DNA of 63,962 nt, counting the filler, from Nemertoderma westbladi (Eukaryota > Animalia > Xenacoelomorpha), in the NCBI GenBank assembly GCA_032718475.1. It is 3 parts of 3 records of this genome, joined end to end, with 100 filler letters (N's around TTAATTAATTAA, not from the genome) between each part and the next. Parts side by side here need not be neighbours in the genome. Positions count along the whole stretch, not along the records: positions 27,129 to 56,302 come from JAUCBJ010006336.1; 2 more parts are not named here. One strand, written 5' to 3'. Under the pieces are notes generated by a model. The model saw nothing but the letters and a program-made list of their open reading frames with translations, was not told where the DNA came from and did no database searches. Shown one piece after another: positions 40,816-52,438 of the stretch; the first letter of the stretch is position 1; each line of letters begins with the position of its first letter. The position numbers and the translations under genes were made by a program.

Positions 40816-42031
40816 ACCGGATAATACACAAACCGCTATGATTTAACCATGGTTTATTATGTCTTTTAGTTTTTCTCTGGGTATTTTCTAGCACATGTGA
40901 ACATTCCAGCTATTCGAATTGTAATTAAGGAAAATATATATTCTAGTAATTAACTTCAATGCATTAATTAATTCACGCACTCAATTGATGGTCATTATAT
41001 TTTCTGGAATTCTTGCAACCTATAATCGCAAACAGATGCATATCAATGCATCTGGTAGTTCTGGTATGATATGCCTTGCAGATGATGCACATCTGAAATA
41101 GACCTAGGCTAAATCCACATATAAAACAAAATTATAATAACTAACCAGTGCATAAGTATAAAGAATAAAAAAAACCTATATTTATGAAGTACATATAGCG
41201 CCTGCAGCCTGTAATAAATATTAAGATTTTATTCAATCCCATGTACCATTTACGATCATGATAATTTGACAATTAGTAACTTTAATAGGTACCGGATAGT
41301 ATGGTGCACCCTGCCCAATGTCTGTGAGTGAATAGTGCAACTTTCATACTCTTTTCATATACAATCCGAGTGTTAGAATGTTCACATTGCCAAATCTTGG
41401 AATCCTTCTATTTCAATTATTATAATATAATATTATTATCATATTGATAAAATGATTGTAATTTTATGTGGCTTCGTTATGCAATTATTTTCCTTTAAAA
41501 ATTAGTATTAAATCTACATACAAAATCTAAAAAATATTTCTTACTTGTATCACATTATAATTTCATTAAACAGTGACTTATTGGACTATTTCTACTACCT
41601 CTATTAAATAAATTGTTCAAATATAATTCAATAAAGTATTTATTATTTATTATTAGGATTCCAAATCATTCAAATATGTATTCGAAACAATTTTAGATAT
41701 ATATTTATATTATATAAAATACATCTTTATTTATATCAATAGTATTTATCTGTACATATAAATATACACTATACAGTGTCTACAGATCTTGTTAATAAAT
41801 AAAAATTAATCATAACGGGGATGGCAATATGCATTTTAGATTAAGCTTTGTGTATGTTGTTATATTCAGTGCTGTATATACTATATGGGTTACATTAATT
41901 CCAAATTCCATGGCAGTTATATATAATACTTACAACACTGATTCAAAATTATTGAATAAAAACTATGTCGGTGTATTATAAATGTATGTATCTATATTAT
42001 GTGTTATAATATGTATGTATTATATAAATGT

Positions 42032-42200
42032 AGCAGCAGCTTGGTCTAGTGGTGACATTCCTGGACTTCCAGTTAGGAAGCCCTGGTTCGATCCCTAGAT
42101 AGGGGCAGCACTGCTTATTTGGGCACAGTGCTTTAAATGCGGCAGCCTAGCCAAACCCTGGCTTTCATCCTTCACTGGTCGATAATTGGGAACTTGGGAA
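42032..42200 (+). mobile_element. tRNA-derived SINE
   Basis: A box TGGTCTAGTGG, B box GGTTCGATCCC, then CTTTCATCCTTC..GGTCGATAA core; no paired acceptor stem. Confidence 0.75.
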
Positions 42201-42709
42201 ACAAAGTGGAGGGTTTACTTAATTATTTAGTTATTTAAGTAAAACAATGTGGAGTGGAATGTGGAGGGACAATACAAAATAAAAAATTAACTGGTGACCC
42301 AGAATTTTCATACAGCCCATTTTATAAAAGGTTTCAATAACACTGAAGTTGATAAAATGATTATTTAAATATGTAATTGGAAATTAATTCGTATCTATCT
42401 AATTACAGAATTAAACTACTAAAACGGATTATTATTGGAATGATAAAGCTATAGGGCGACGAATTTAGGTTGCAATGGAAGTAATAATGAGAAGCGTTAG
42501 TAACTATTCACTGAATAGAAAAACGATAAACTTTCGCCAATAATGGTCATTCCTTGCTTTTGACTTAGGATTATATAGAAATTGAGAACCAAACTCATCG
42601 ATATCGTTCTTTTCTAGTTCAACGAACAGATTTATAAACAGCAGGAGCGTTCAGTAGCCGAGCGGAACGGTTAGAGGACGACTTCGCTAAGCTGAGTCCT
42701 ACGACTGTA

Positions 42710-43176
42710 TACTGGCTCCTAGACCATCAGACAGACCCAAGGACTTGAATCCCGGGTCCTAGACCCCAGACAGACACCCTCAGCTGGATCCTGGGTCCTA
42801 AATCCCAGACAGCTCCCAGCAGCTGGATTCTGGCTCCTACATCCCAGACAGACTTACTGGATCCTGGCACCTACACCATCAGACAGACCCTCACAACTGG
42901 GTCCTGGCTCCTAGACCGACAGACAGACCCAAGCACCTGAATCCTGGTTCCTAGACACCAGTCAGACCCCATCAGCTGGATCCTGGGAGCTCAACCACAA
43001 GACAGACCCCATCAGCTGGATCCTGGCACCTAGACCGACAGACAGACCCAAGCACCTGAATTCTGGGTCCTAGACACCAGACAGACCCCATCAGTTGGAT
43101 CCTGGGAGCTCAACCATCAGACAGACCCCATCAGCTGGATCCTGGCCGCTAACCCCAGACAGACTTACTGGATCCC
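42710..43176. repeat. Degenerate minisatellite of about 41 bp (CTGGATCCTGG..CCTAGAC..CAGACAGACCC)
   Basis: About 11 diverged tandem copies. Confidence 0.85.
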
Positions 43177-44264
43177 GCGTACTGTTTGTACTGTTTCCTT
43201 GCTTTCATTGTGCCTTATTTAATATCCCTTTGAAATTCAAAATTATATTGTTATTTGGTACCTAAAATGCCTTATTTGACGGACAATCATATCCATTGCA
43301 TGCAACTTCTGGGTCACCTGACTTTTTGTAATTTATTTCATCAATATAGTACAGAAAAAATCATTATATGTATGTAGGAATGGTGAGGGATAATTTATCA
43401 TGTTGAAATCATATGTAATTATGTATTATTATTTATTTTCCCTATTATTTGAAATTTGAATGTATATATATGTGTCTGAATTATCATCACAAAAATAGAG
43501 TGTACTGAGATCTGCTATTATTAATTAAGTGTATAATTAATAAGTTTTTTAGCTATATTTCTCCACCCACGGGTTGATATTAAATTGAGATAAATCGATT
43601 AAAAACATATAGAGCATAATAATAGACTTCATATCAGTCAGAACCTTGAGCCATCATCGAACGGTTAAAATTGGACTGTTTTCCAAATATATCTCCTGCC
43701 TGAAGGCCAGAAGCCGTAGTGCGTATCGCAAGCCAATAATTATAACTTCTGACTCAAACGCGGCCTTCCCGGTATGGTTGAAAACTGGTCACTGGCGGCT
43801 CACAGTTCTGGTAAATGAAAGCCTGTTCTGCTGTTAAGTATGTTAACACTATACAATTACTGTTTAAAAATTTGTTAATTAATTGAATTCACTATTAATT
43901 GGTGTAATTTGGTGTAAATGATTATATATTAGTTAGTGGTGGATGAAATGTTAGAATTAAGATGTTAGAAATACAGTTGACATTAATTCCCAGTCTTATG
44001 TGAAATAAAATCCTAGCTAGCTAAGATTAAGTTTTAACACTCTGGTGCACTATTCAGTATCGATTCATATAAAGTGTTTATTAGCAAGGAATAAAGTTAT
44101 TCAGTTTTTTACATAATTTTCCCTTGGGATGCTGCACTACAACGCAGTTATTCGTATTTGAGGTGAAATACTCTACCTACTCTACTAATACTAAACCTTT
44201 ATATACAGTACCTTTCATAAACCTTTATATACCGTACCATTTATTTAATAGCTTATTTAATACC

Positions 44265-44500
44265 CCTAGCTTGACACTTGATCGAAACCGCCTCCGCTTT
44301 GCAGGACATTGCTTTCGCCGTGAGGACCAGCCAGTGCATAGTCTAGTGCTTTGGCGCCCTCATGGAGCGAATAAGCATTGTGGACAGCCCATGACTTTCT
44401 TGAGACACATCTTAAAGGACACTGGCCTAGAAGATGCGGATGATCTAGCAAATGTCATGGGTGATAAGGAGTTGTGACGGCGCAACTTTGTCGACAAGCC
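44265..44500 (+). mobile_element. RTE-like LINE 3' fragment
   Basis: RNRLRFAGHCFRREDQPVHSLVLW. Confidence 0.75.
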
Positions 44501-44923
44501 GGCACAGCATTCTTTATATATATATGTAATATATATAATGCAGCTGCAGTGCAGCATGCTGATCGTAGTAAGAGTACCGTACCATTCATAAACATTCATT
44601 AAAGAATCAGTTATCAAAATATTAATTAACGAAACATATAGCAGTTCAAATAATAGGTAGTGCTTTATCATTTATTAATGCTTTTCTGTAGCAGCACAAG
44701 AACCAACTAAAACTTTCATATATCATATTTTCATAAAATTATATAATTAATTTAGTATTTGCAATTTCATTATGATATCTGGGTGATATAGTTGATCGCC
44801 GAACATTTCAGTTTGGTCGAGGCTCGGGAGGCTGGGTCTGATGTATTGGTTGGCTACGTCTATGAAATAGAAAACGCTCAGCATCTCTTCCTCTTTAATT
44901 TGGTTTTGGTTCCAAATTTTACG

Positions 44924-45922
44924 ATGGCATTCAAAGATGAGAAGAAAGCGAATGCCAGGCGAATTTTCCGCATCAAGTTAAATATCGTCCAATTCATTCG
45001 AATTGGATTTGTGTTCAGTTGCAAGGTAACAGTATATGTTGGAATCATCTGCAACTATAAATTGGCTTTTCTGTCACGCATTGCTTACCGAGGTTTATTC
45101 ATTGGGCCCATACTAACGTATCAATTCGGTTGGGTCACTGCCATATTTTCAGCCCTAAACGCCTTCGGAGCTATGACAACCAGGAAGGCATATCTGATGG
45201 TTATGTTTCTACCATTGACTTGGTTTATTCTCGCCATCGAGATAGTTGCCTGTTCCATTGGTACAACCTACGATATTGACAGAGCCTACGCCGTATTGCA
45301 TAGTGAGATAGTTAGCAAGATGGCAGCTTACGATAAATTATCTCACTTCAAGGGAACAGCAGAAGAAAGGGCAGATCTTCTAAATGATATTGACATAATT
45401 GAAGATCTGCAGCAATACTTTCAATGTTGCGGACTGGAAGAATTTGACGTCACCGGTACTGTATTTGACGTTGATCCAGGATCATCTCCAACTGCCACGC
45501 ACAACTCTGGGTTGTGGATTTGGGACATAGTGCTCGGTGTCCCACCCTTTCCTCTGAGCAACGGAACAAAGTTCCCTCCCACTTGCTGCAACATGTCAGT
45601 TGTGCAGTCATACTGCCTTGATCACGGCGTAGGTTCAGAGTTCCCTTTAATTCATTTGCATCAAACCGGATCAGATTTAATGTACATTTCCAGCGGAGAT
45701 CTTTACCAACATGGATGTGATAAGCATATCAAGGAGCATGTCAGATGGTGGATTCGGATGATGACAATCGGCCTATGGGTAGGTATCGCGTTGCAATCAA
45801 TCTCACACATCGTGGTTTGGATCACGTTTTGCAAACATCGTCACGAATTCAAAAATTTTGAGGGAAGTTTCTTTAAAGCCTTAGGTTTTCGTTCAAGTCA
45901 CGGTGTTGACAATTGGGATTAA
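44924..45922 (+). CDS. Divergent tetraspanin paralog, uninterrupted CDS (332 aa from first ATG)
   Basis: Colinear with 39850-40815: QFGW, FLPLTWFIL, YDIDRAY, YFQCCGLE, FPPTCCN, LYQHGC. The ORF-track start is a TTG; the first ATG is at 44924. Confidence 0.88.
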   Translation: MAFKDEKKANARRIFRIKLNIVQFIRIGFVFSCKVTVYVGIICNYKLAFLSRIAYRGLFIGPILTYQFGWVTAIFSALNAFGAMTTRKAYLMVMFLPLTWFILAIEIVACSIGTTYDIDRAYAVLHSEIVSKMAAYDKLSHFKGTAEERADLLNDIDIIEDLQQYFQCCGLEEFDVTGTVFDVDPGSSPTATHNSGLWIWDIVLGVPPFPLSNGTKFPPTCCNMSVVQSYCLDHGVGSEFPLIHLHQTGSDLMYISSGDLYQHGCDKHIKEHVRWWIRMMTIGLWVGIALQSISHIVVWITFCKHRHEFKNFEGSFFKALGFRSSHGVDNWD

Positions 45923-48900
45923 ATGTATTTCATTTTGATTGCTTGAACAGACAACTTGCAGTGTTATCATCATATTGCCTTCTAAAAGGAACATGTTAAC
46001 ATGAAATGATAATCGCATGTTGATAAATGGTGATCTCGGGTGGAGGAATACTCTTATATCTCGCATTCTTACCATGAAAACAATGACATTCTCCCGTTCA
46101 TTAGGAAATCCCATGTGTATTAGATGAATATCAATGCAATTGGTGGTGGAATCACATAATCAATCATAATTATAAAATTGTTGTCGTATATCTATGGATG
46201 TTAATCAAGACATTAACTTAAAGTAAAACTTTTAAACTTTCCATATGTTGATTAAATTTAAAAATTTAGTATTATATAACAGAAGTCTATCTTTTATTTA
46301 ATTATGGAGTAACTTATTCCTTCCCGTACCTAGTGAGTTTTCCCCGGATCGAGGTTATGATTGGCATATCCTGTTCGGAACAAAACTATATTTTTTAATG
46401 TGTGGTGTTTGAACAGCAGTATAGCGCACTCTTCGTGTACAAACAAAGGGAACTAGGGAAGGGAAATAATTAAAAATTATAGTTATTTATTACGTCCAAT
46501 TAGGCAACAACCACATGATAAAATTATAATAAAAAGGTGAAAATATCAATAAAACTATATTACTATTAAACTGTACCAATATTTATAGCTCTATAGTTGA
46601 AAATATCAATGTTGGGAGCCAATTTTGAAAAAGTTTCATTTATTTAACAGCGCACTTGAACTAGAATGAGAATTAATCAAGTAATACGATTGTCAGTGGT
46701 ATTTAATCAAATCGCTTTATTCCGAACTGAGGAGCCCAATTTTACCTAAAACTCACGGTTATGGCCCAAAGCTGCTTCCTAATTTTAACAAATAAACTTT
46801 AATATACATGATAACTGCATATACTATAACTGTATATAATATATACAGTATAAAGCTGCCTTCAAGTGAAATTGAGAAAGTATTGATAATGTTAGCAGCA
46901 ATCAAAATTCTTCTTTGTTATCCATTATCCCCAGTAATGTATTTAAATTGAATAATAAATATAATGTTAATTTTAATTAATAAATATAATTAGTGACTAG
47001 TTGTAGTCCTACTTTTCACAGTCAAACTATATAATTTGTAAAGTTATTTTGTTCAGTATCAAGATAATAATTACTTTTATGAAATTAATACCGGTAATAA
47101 TAATTTAATTATGTATATACAATAAATTGATATGCTTTAGACATACTCATCACTAAATTAATTATTTTTCGATATATTCAATTCATGTATCGGGTATTCA
47201 TATGGTTTTATATTATATATCTAGCTTAATCAATATTTATTTTTAATATTATTATTAATAATATATAAGTCGAAGTATTAAACATTGTACTGTACATTAA
47301 TACTGTATGGTCTGCTCAATGGTGATTTAGATTACAAGTTAATTAAAAGAAACTTAAATTAGAGAATCCTAAAGAATTATGGTACATTGGTTTGGTGCAT
47401 GAGAATTTAACGATCTTCAACACCGTTATTAGTTATTTGTTATATATTTGGGACATTTCTTGGAGTGTATTAGATTAAATTAATGTGTTCATCTTCATAG
47501 ACTGGCCCCATATTTTATTTCATTTAAATTAATTGTGTTGAATTGATTTTATTTTATTATATTATTCGTATTATTGTCATTGTTTTAGAATTGTATTGTG
47601 ATATTTTTGGTTTAGTTATTATATTCTATTATATTGTATTGTAATAAATTAAAATGTTTCGGCGCATATTAATGTAATACTATAACATATACATAGTTAG
47701 TTAGTTATTTAGTATTTATTATTTAAAAAATGGTGTCGGAATAGGTAATTTTTTTCTGTTTTATTGTCGATGGGTAGACTCTTGCATAATAAATTGTTAT
47801 GCGAAAACAACATTCGTTTACTAATTATCATTCCAGTATTGTTTATTCATTATGTTATATTGTAATTTGTAAAATATTCCAACGCATTTATGAATATATA
47901 AATTTGATTTTGATTAAATTTAATTCAACATTTCAAAAGAGATATCATGTCTAAAGAAATTATTACAGATATTATATAGCAGAAAGTTTGATTTACATAG
48001 CTATGATCAATAAATTAATTTCTATTTATATCATACTAATAAAGATGTGCAATAGGAAAAATATATTATCTAATATGCATATAGAGAGGGGGGATGTGTG
48101 GGGGGGGGGACACTCAATCAAAATTCATCCCTCTTCATAGGAAAAGATATGGTACTAACCAGCTGATTACTCCAAAACATAAAACTCAACCTGTTCTATT
48201 GACATTTGTATATTGTTTTGGTTAGAATAACGTGCCACTGTAATTCTCCCTAATAATATCTTAATTGGTAATTAAACAATGGGATGGGATAATTCGAAGA
48301 GAGGGGATTTGCATCAACCCCCCCCCCCCCCCCCCCCCCCCATGTCTCGTAATATGGTGCCAAAAATTAATGATAGGTTAATGAAATGGTTTAATGATAA
48401 TTATATTTAAATGCCGTTTATTTCGTTTTGAATAATTTACATTATATTCAGATTACTGCACAACTGAACACAAAGGAATTATACATTTAACTCGAAATTA
48501 TATATTAATATAAATAACTGTGCTTATTGATAAAACTCAATTCAAATTTTAACTCATAATTTGTTAAAACGCCAGTGTATCAGGTATCTAATACTACCTC
48601 AATAATATAATACTGTACTGTAGCACAGTACATGGTGCATCGGCACTAAGTACTATCGTAGTACAACATGCCTTGTGACAGGAGCCTGGTTGACAAGGGA
48701 TCCCAACCGGGTTGACTAAAGTCAACCCGGTCGGGGTCCCTATGACGTTCTCTTCGCGTCGCCTTCTCTTCGGGATGTACTGACGGCCGAAGGCTCTGTA
48801 AATAAGAGTTTCTGATGTTTGTTAATGTATAATAGGTCAGAATATAGTTGCTGGCAAAATGATTACAGCACAATCAGTATTAATTACGGCTGACGGTGAA

Positions 48901-49220
48901 AACTGTTTATCGTCCATCATGAATAAATGCTAACGAGTTTGATTACATGTGACCATTAATATATATGTAAAGGGGGAAATATATTGCCCTTAGGCTAAAA
49001 CGTTTGTTGGCCTCCAGTCGATACACTCATTGCCATGTGCTGGCCTCCTATTGGTCAGCTCATCACCCATGTATTTACCTCCCTTAGGCTTCTGCTAGCC
49101 TCTAGACCACTGAGGTGGATTGTAAGTCCTTCGCCGATTGATAAATTGCCCCCCCCCCCCCCATTTATTGGTTGGAAATCTATAGCAGAATGGATCCACT
49201 AACACACCCCCCCCCCCATG

Positions 49221-51400
49221 CTATCTTCCTGGTGAGAAGATAGCATCAACTGTAAAGAGCGTTCCATTCCAGGGAATCCAATCTAGCATTGGATGTGGGG
49301 TGGGACTATCTTCTCTGGGACCAGTCTCCCAATCTGGCCCCACTGGGTCTGATCTTGCTACCCATCCTTGACACTCCTGCGAGCTAAGGCGTGTCAAGGT
49401 ATATGGCGTCTCTATTTTAGATGATCGACCCTTCCTCACACAATTTTAAATTGGGTACCGTTTTATCTGATCCGCCAGGCCCCAATTTCATCACTTATTC
49501 CGTATCTCATTAGTCCCATAGGACTCATCCTCAACCCCGACTCGCTTCCCACGCTTCCTGCTTGTTGCAACCCTTACCACCCATCCTCACTTAATCCCAC
49601 AGATATCACACACTGATGTTGTCCCATCAGCATTCTAGAAATTCCCCCCAGTTCCTTCCAGTAACCATCGCAACTCCTTGCCTATGTCGTCATCCTGTCT
49701 CAGGCACTTTCTATCCTCGCGCTGGTTCTTTAGCGTGGTCATCATGTGCAGTCACAAGTTGATTGATGTTGAGAAAGCCCCACCGAAATTCCTGGGCTTT
49801 CACCTCTGTACTGTCATTGCACCCACATTCGCCCAATGCTCGAATACATATTACTTCTCCTGATCCGCTCATCTCATTGAAATGGCGTTCGAAGTGCCCG
49901 TGGAACTTACACTTTGCGCATCTGTGGCGTAGTTTTGGACAAGCACCCATGGCATGATTCGTGTCATGACAGTACTTGCACCTCGCCCCACTATCGAATC
50001 GGTACGAGTAGTTCTTTATTTGATGGGTATGTCGCCCACAGTAGTCGCAGCCTTCTATTCCAGTCTGTCTCCCAAACTCATCCTTCTGGGTAGGTGTTAA
50101 TTTTGGTCTGTAGAATCTTTGATAGGTAAACATCTCAATGTTCCCATCGCGACCCAAATCGATTTCAGCTTCCCCCTCGGCAGTGTCTCCCGAATACCAC
50201 TTGTAGCACTGTTCCTGGTTGTTCTCCCAGCCTGATCGCCGCTGACGAGAAGTCGGTGACTGGTTGTTTTCCGTGTTCCCACGCCCGCTTGCCTGGGGCG
50301 TCCCAGAAACCTATTGCCCGACTGGCCATCACCACTCTCCCACCCACCCAGTCTGTGTCCAAATCACCCTATTCTCTCTATCAGCAGCACCTCCCCGAAC
50401 TCGTCCACTTCCATCCTCTCTACTGGGGGTGGTTTCAGACCCGGAATCACTTCCGTCTCCTTATATCCTCCTGGCACCCCCCAGCACCCGTTCTCACTCC
50501 CGGCTTCTTCCTCCTATAATCGCCCTCGGATCCCCCTGGTATTGGCATACTCTGCATCCCCGACGTCGATTGGATCGGCAACCCTTCCAGATAACCTTCT
50601 TCCGCCTTTTCTGTCCTCATACTGATACTTGCTGGAAACATCACAGTTCCATTTCAACTCGTCCAGGTCCTGTATGCTGAACTCGTTCTCGTCCTCCCAT
50701 CCATTTGCTATCGCCTCTCGTCCTGCCACTTCCCTTCTTTCTCTCCCAGCGGCCTCCTCCTCACTCTGTTCCTCCTTCTGGTTCCTTCGGCTTCCTCTTT
50801 CTTCTCCCACCTCTGGTTTTTTCGGTGTCTCTACATTTCTATCCACTAGATGCCGAGTGTCATAGTACACCAACTCGCCCTTTCCTCCCGGGTGATCTAC
50901 AAGACCTTCGAGAGCTGCCTCAAGGCTCTTCTATGGCTCAGTGGTGATCCTTGAAATAAGAAATCCCATCAGCTCTCGGCTGATAATCCACCGCCATAAA
51001 CAGGTTCAGTAACCCGATCATTATCCAGTCCTCTTGTAGGATGTACCTTTTCTGGTACAGCTTGATTGTCCCCCGCTGGAAGCAATATAGTTCTCCCCAC
51101 CTCAGTCTCGCTTTCCACTGAGAAGCGAATCTGTCAGTTCCTCTCCGTATTCTTCTTGGAACTTCTTCCACTCCATCGGTTTATGAGACACGAGTCCCAT
51201 CAGTTGTCCCATGGCCATGGCACCGTACAGTCGCGTATTATACACCAGTCCCAGCCCCTCTGGTTTCGTCATAGTCATGTAGACTACTTGCATAGACAAA
51301 GACAAAGGCAAGACAAAGAAGTCTGTCCAACACCATAAATGCAGTGTATTGTTCCGTTCCAAAATCCACCCACATAAACTTGTTTACAATATTTTGCGAA
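49221..51400 (-). pseudogene. Decayed ORF with CCHC zinc knuckles (gag-like or ZCCHC-like), copy 1
   Basis: Chain of short overlapping ORFs in a GC-richer block; CDYCGRHTH, CKYCHDTNHAMGAC, CAKCKFHGH. Confidence 0.65.
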
Positions 51401-51944
51401 ATTTTTTAAATTTGCAGCTAAGGAACTTGGTTTCTATTTTTTATTCATATTTATATTTTTGTTCATATATTTACAAGTTTTAGCGGCACCAGTGGGCTGC
51501 AATTTCCTTGGAGTGTTTAAAACAATCATTATATTTGTAATACGCAATAATTTTCATTGTCCGTTTAAATCACTCATGATGTCCTTTTTTTTACTTTTTA
51601 TGTCCTCCAGAAATTTACCGTTAGGTTCCATGCTACCGGTTTCTCTACTGACGTTCTCTCAGGCTCTCAGTACCAGTATTAGTATATAGAGCACTATTTT
51701 GCAGTATTGCTGTATTGTATGTACAGATGTAGGTATAAAGCAGGTATTTTAGGTATTTTAGTACCGGTACCGGCACCGGTACTGCTGTAGGCCTACTGTG
51801 TAGCCTACCATTTAAATACGGTAATGGTAGGCCTACCGGCCTTATTAATTTGAAATATAATTTAATTGAATTTATGGAATTTGAAATGTAAATCAATGAT
51901 GCTGTCTCTTTAAGCTGTCACATTCCCTCAAATGTTCATGACAT

Positions 51945-52430
51945 AGTTTATTGTTATGTTCATGAGATAGTTTATTGTTTTGGTTAGAACATTCCGCCTC
52001 TGTAACCTGCTCCTTTCCCTGACTTGGTAAAGTGACCGTTTATTGTTTTGGTTAGAAAGGCCCGCCTCTGTAACCTGCTCCTTTCCTTCATTTAGTAAAG
52101 TGACTATTTATTGTTTTGGTTAGAAATTCCCGCCTCTGTAACCCGCTCCTTTCCTTCAATTAGTTCAATGATCGTGTATTGTTTTGGTTAGAAAATCCCG
52201 TCTCTGTAACCTGCTCCTTTCCTTGATTTGGTAAAGTGACCGTTTATTGTTTTGGTTAGAAATGCCCGCCTCTGTAACCTGCTCCTTTCCTTCATTTAGT
52301 AAAGTGACTGTTTATTGTTTTGGTTAGAAAATCCCGCCTCTGTAACCCACTCCTTTCCTTCAATTAGTTAAATGATCGTTTATTGTTTTGGTTAGAAAAT
52401 CCCGCCTCTGTAACCTGCCCCTTTCCCTTG
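51945..52430. repeat. Minisatellite of about 68 bp (TTTATTGTTTTGGTTAGAAA..CCGCCTCTGTAACCTGCTCCTTTCC)
   Basis: About 7 copies; repeated at 56017-56302. Confidence 0.92.
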
Positions 52431-52438
52431 TCCCCCTC

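Larger units (their letters stand above)
48341..52438. repeat. 4098-bp tandem unit, copy 1
   Basis: Near-identical to the sequence from 52439 onward. Confidence 0.97.

Noticed and set aside
40968-40988. Pax6-like site TTCACGCACTCAATTG
   Set aside because: Imperfect single match that could arise by chance.
42032-42110. tRNA gene
   Set aside because: A and B boxes are present but there is no cloverleaf acceptor stem, and it continues into a SINE body.
44792-44923. N-terminal extension of the second tetraspanin
   Set aside because: Starts at TTG and has no counterpart in the paralog.
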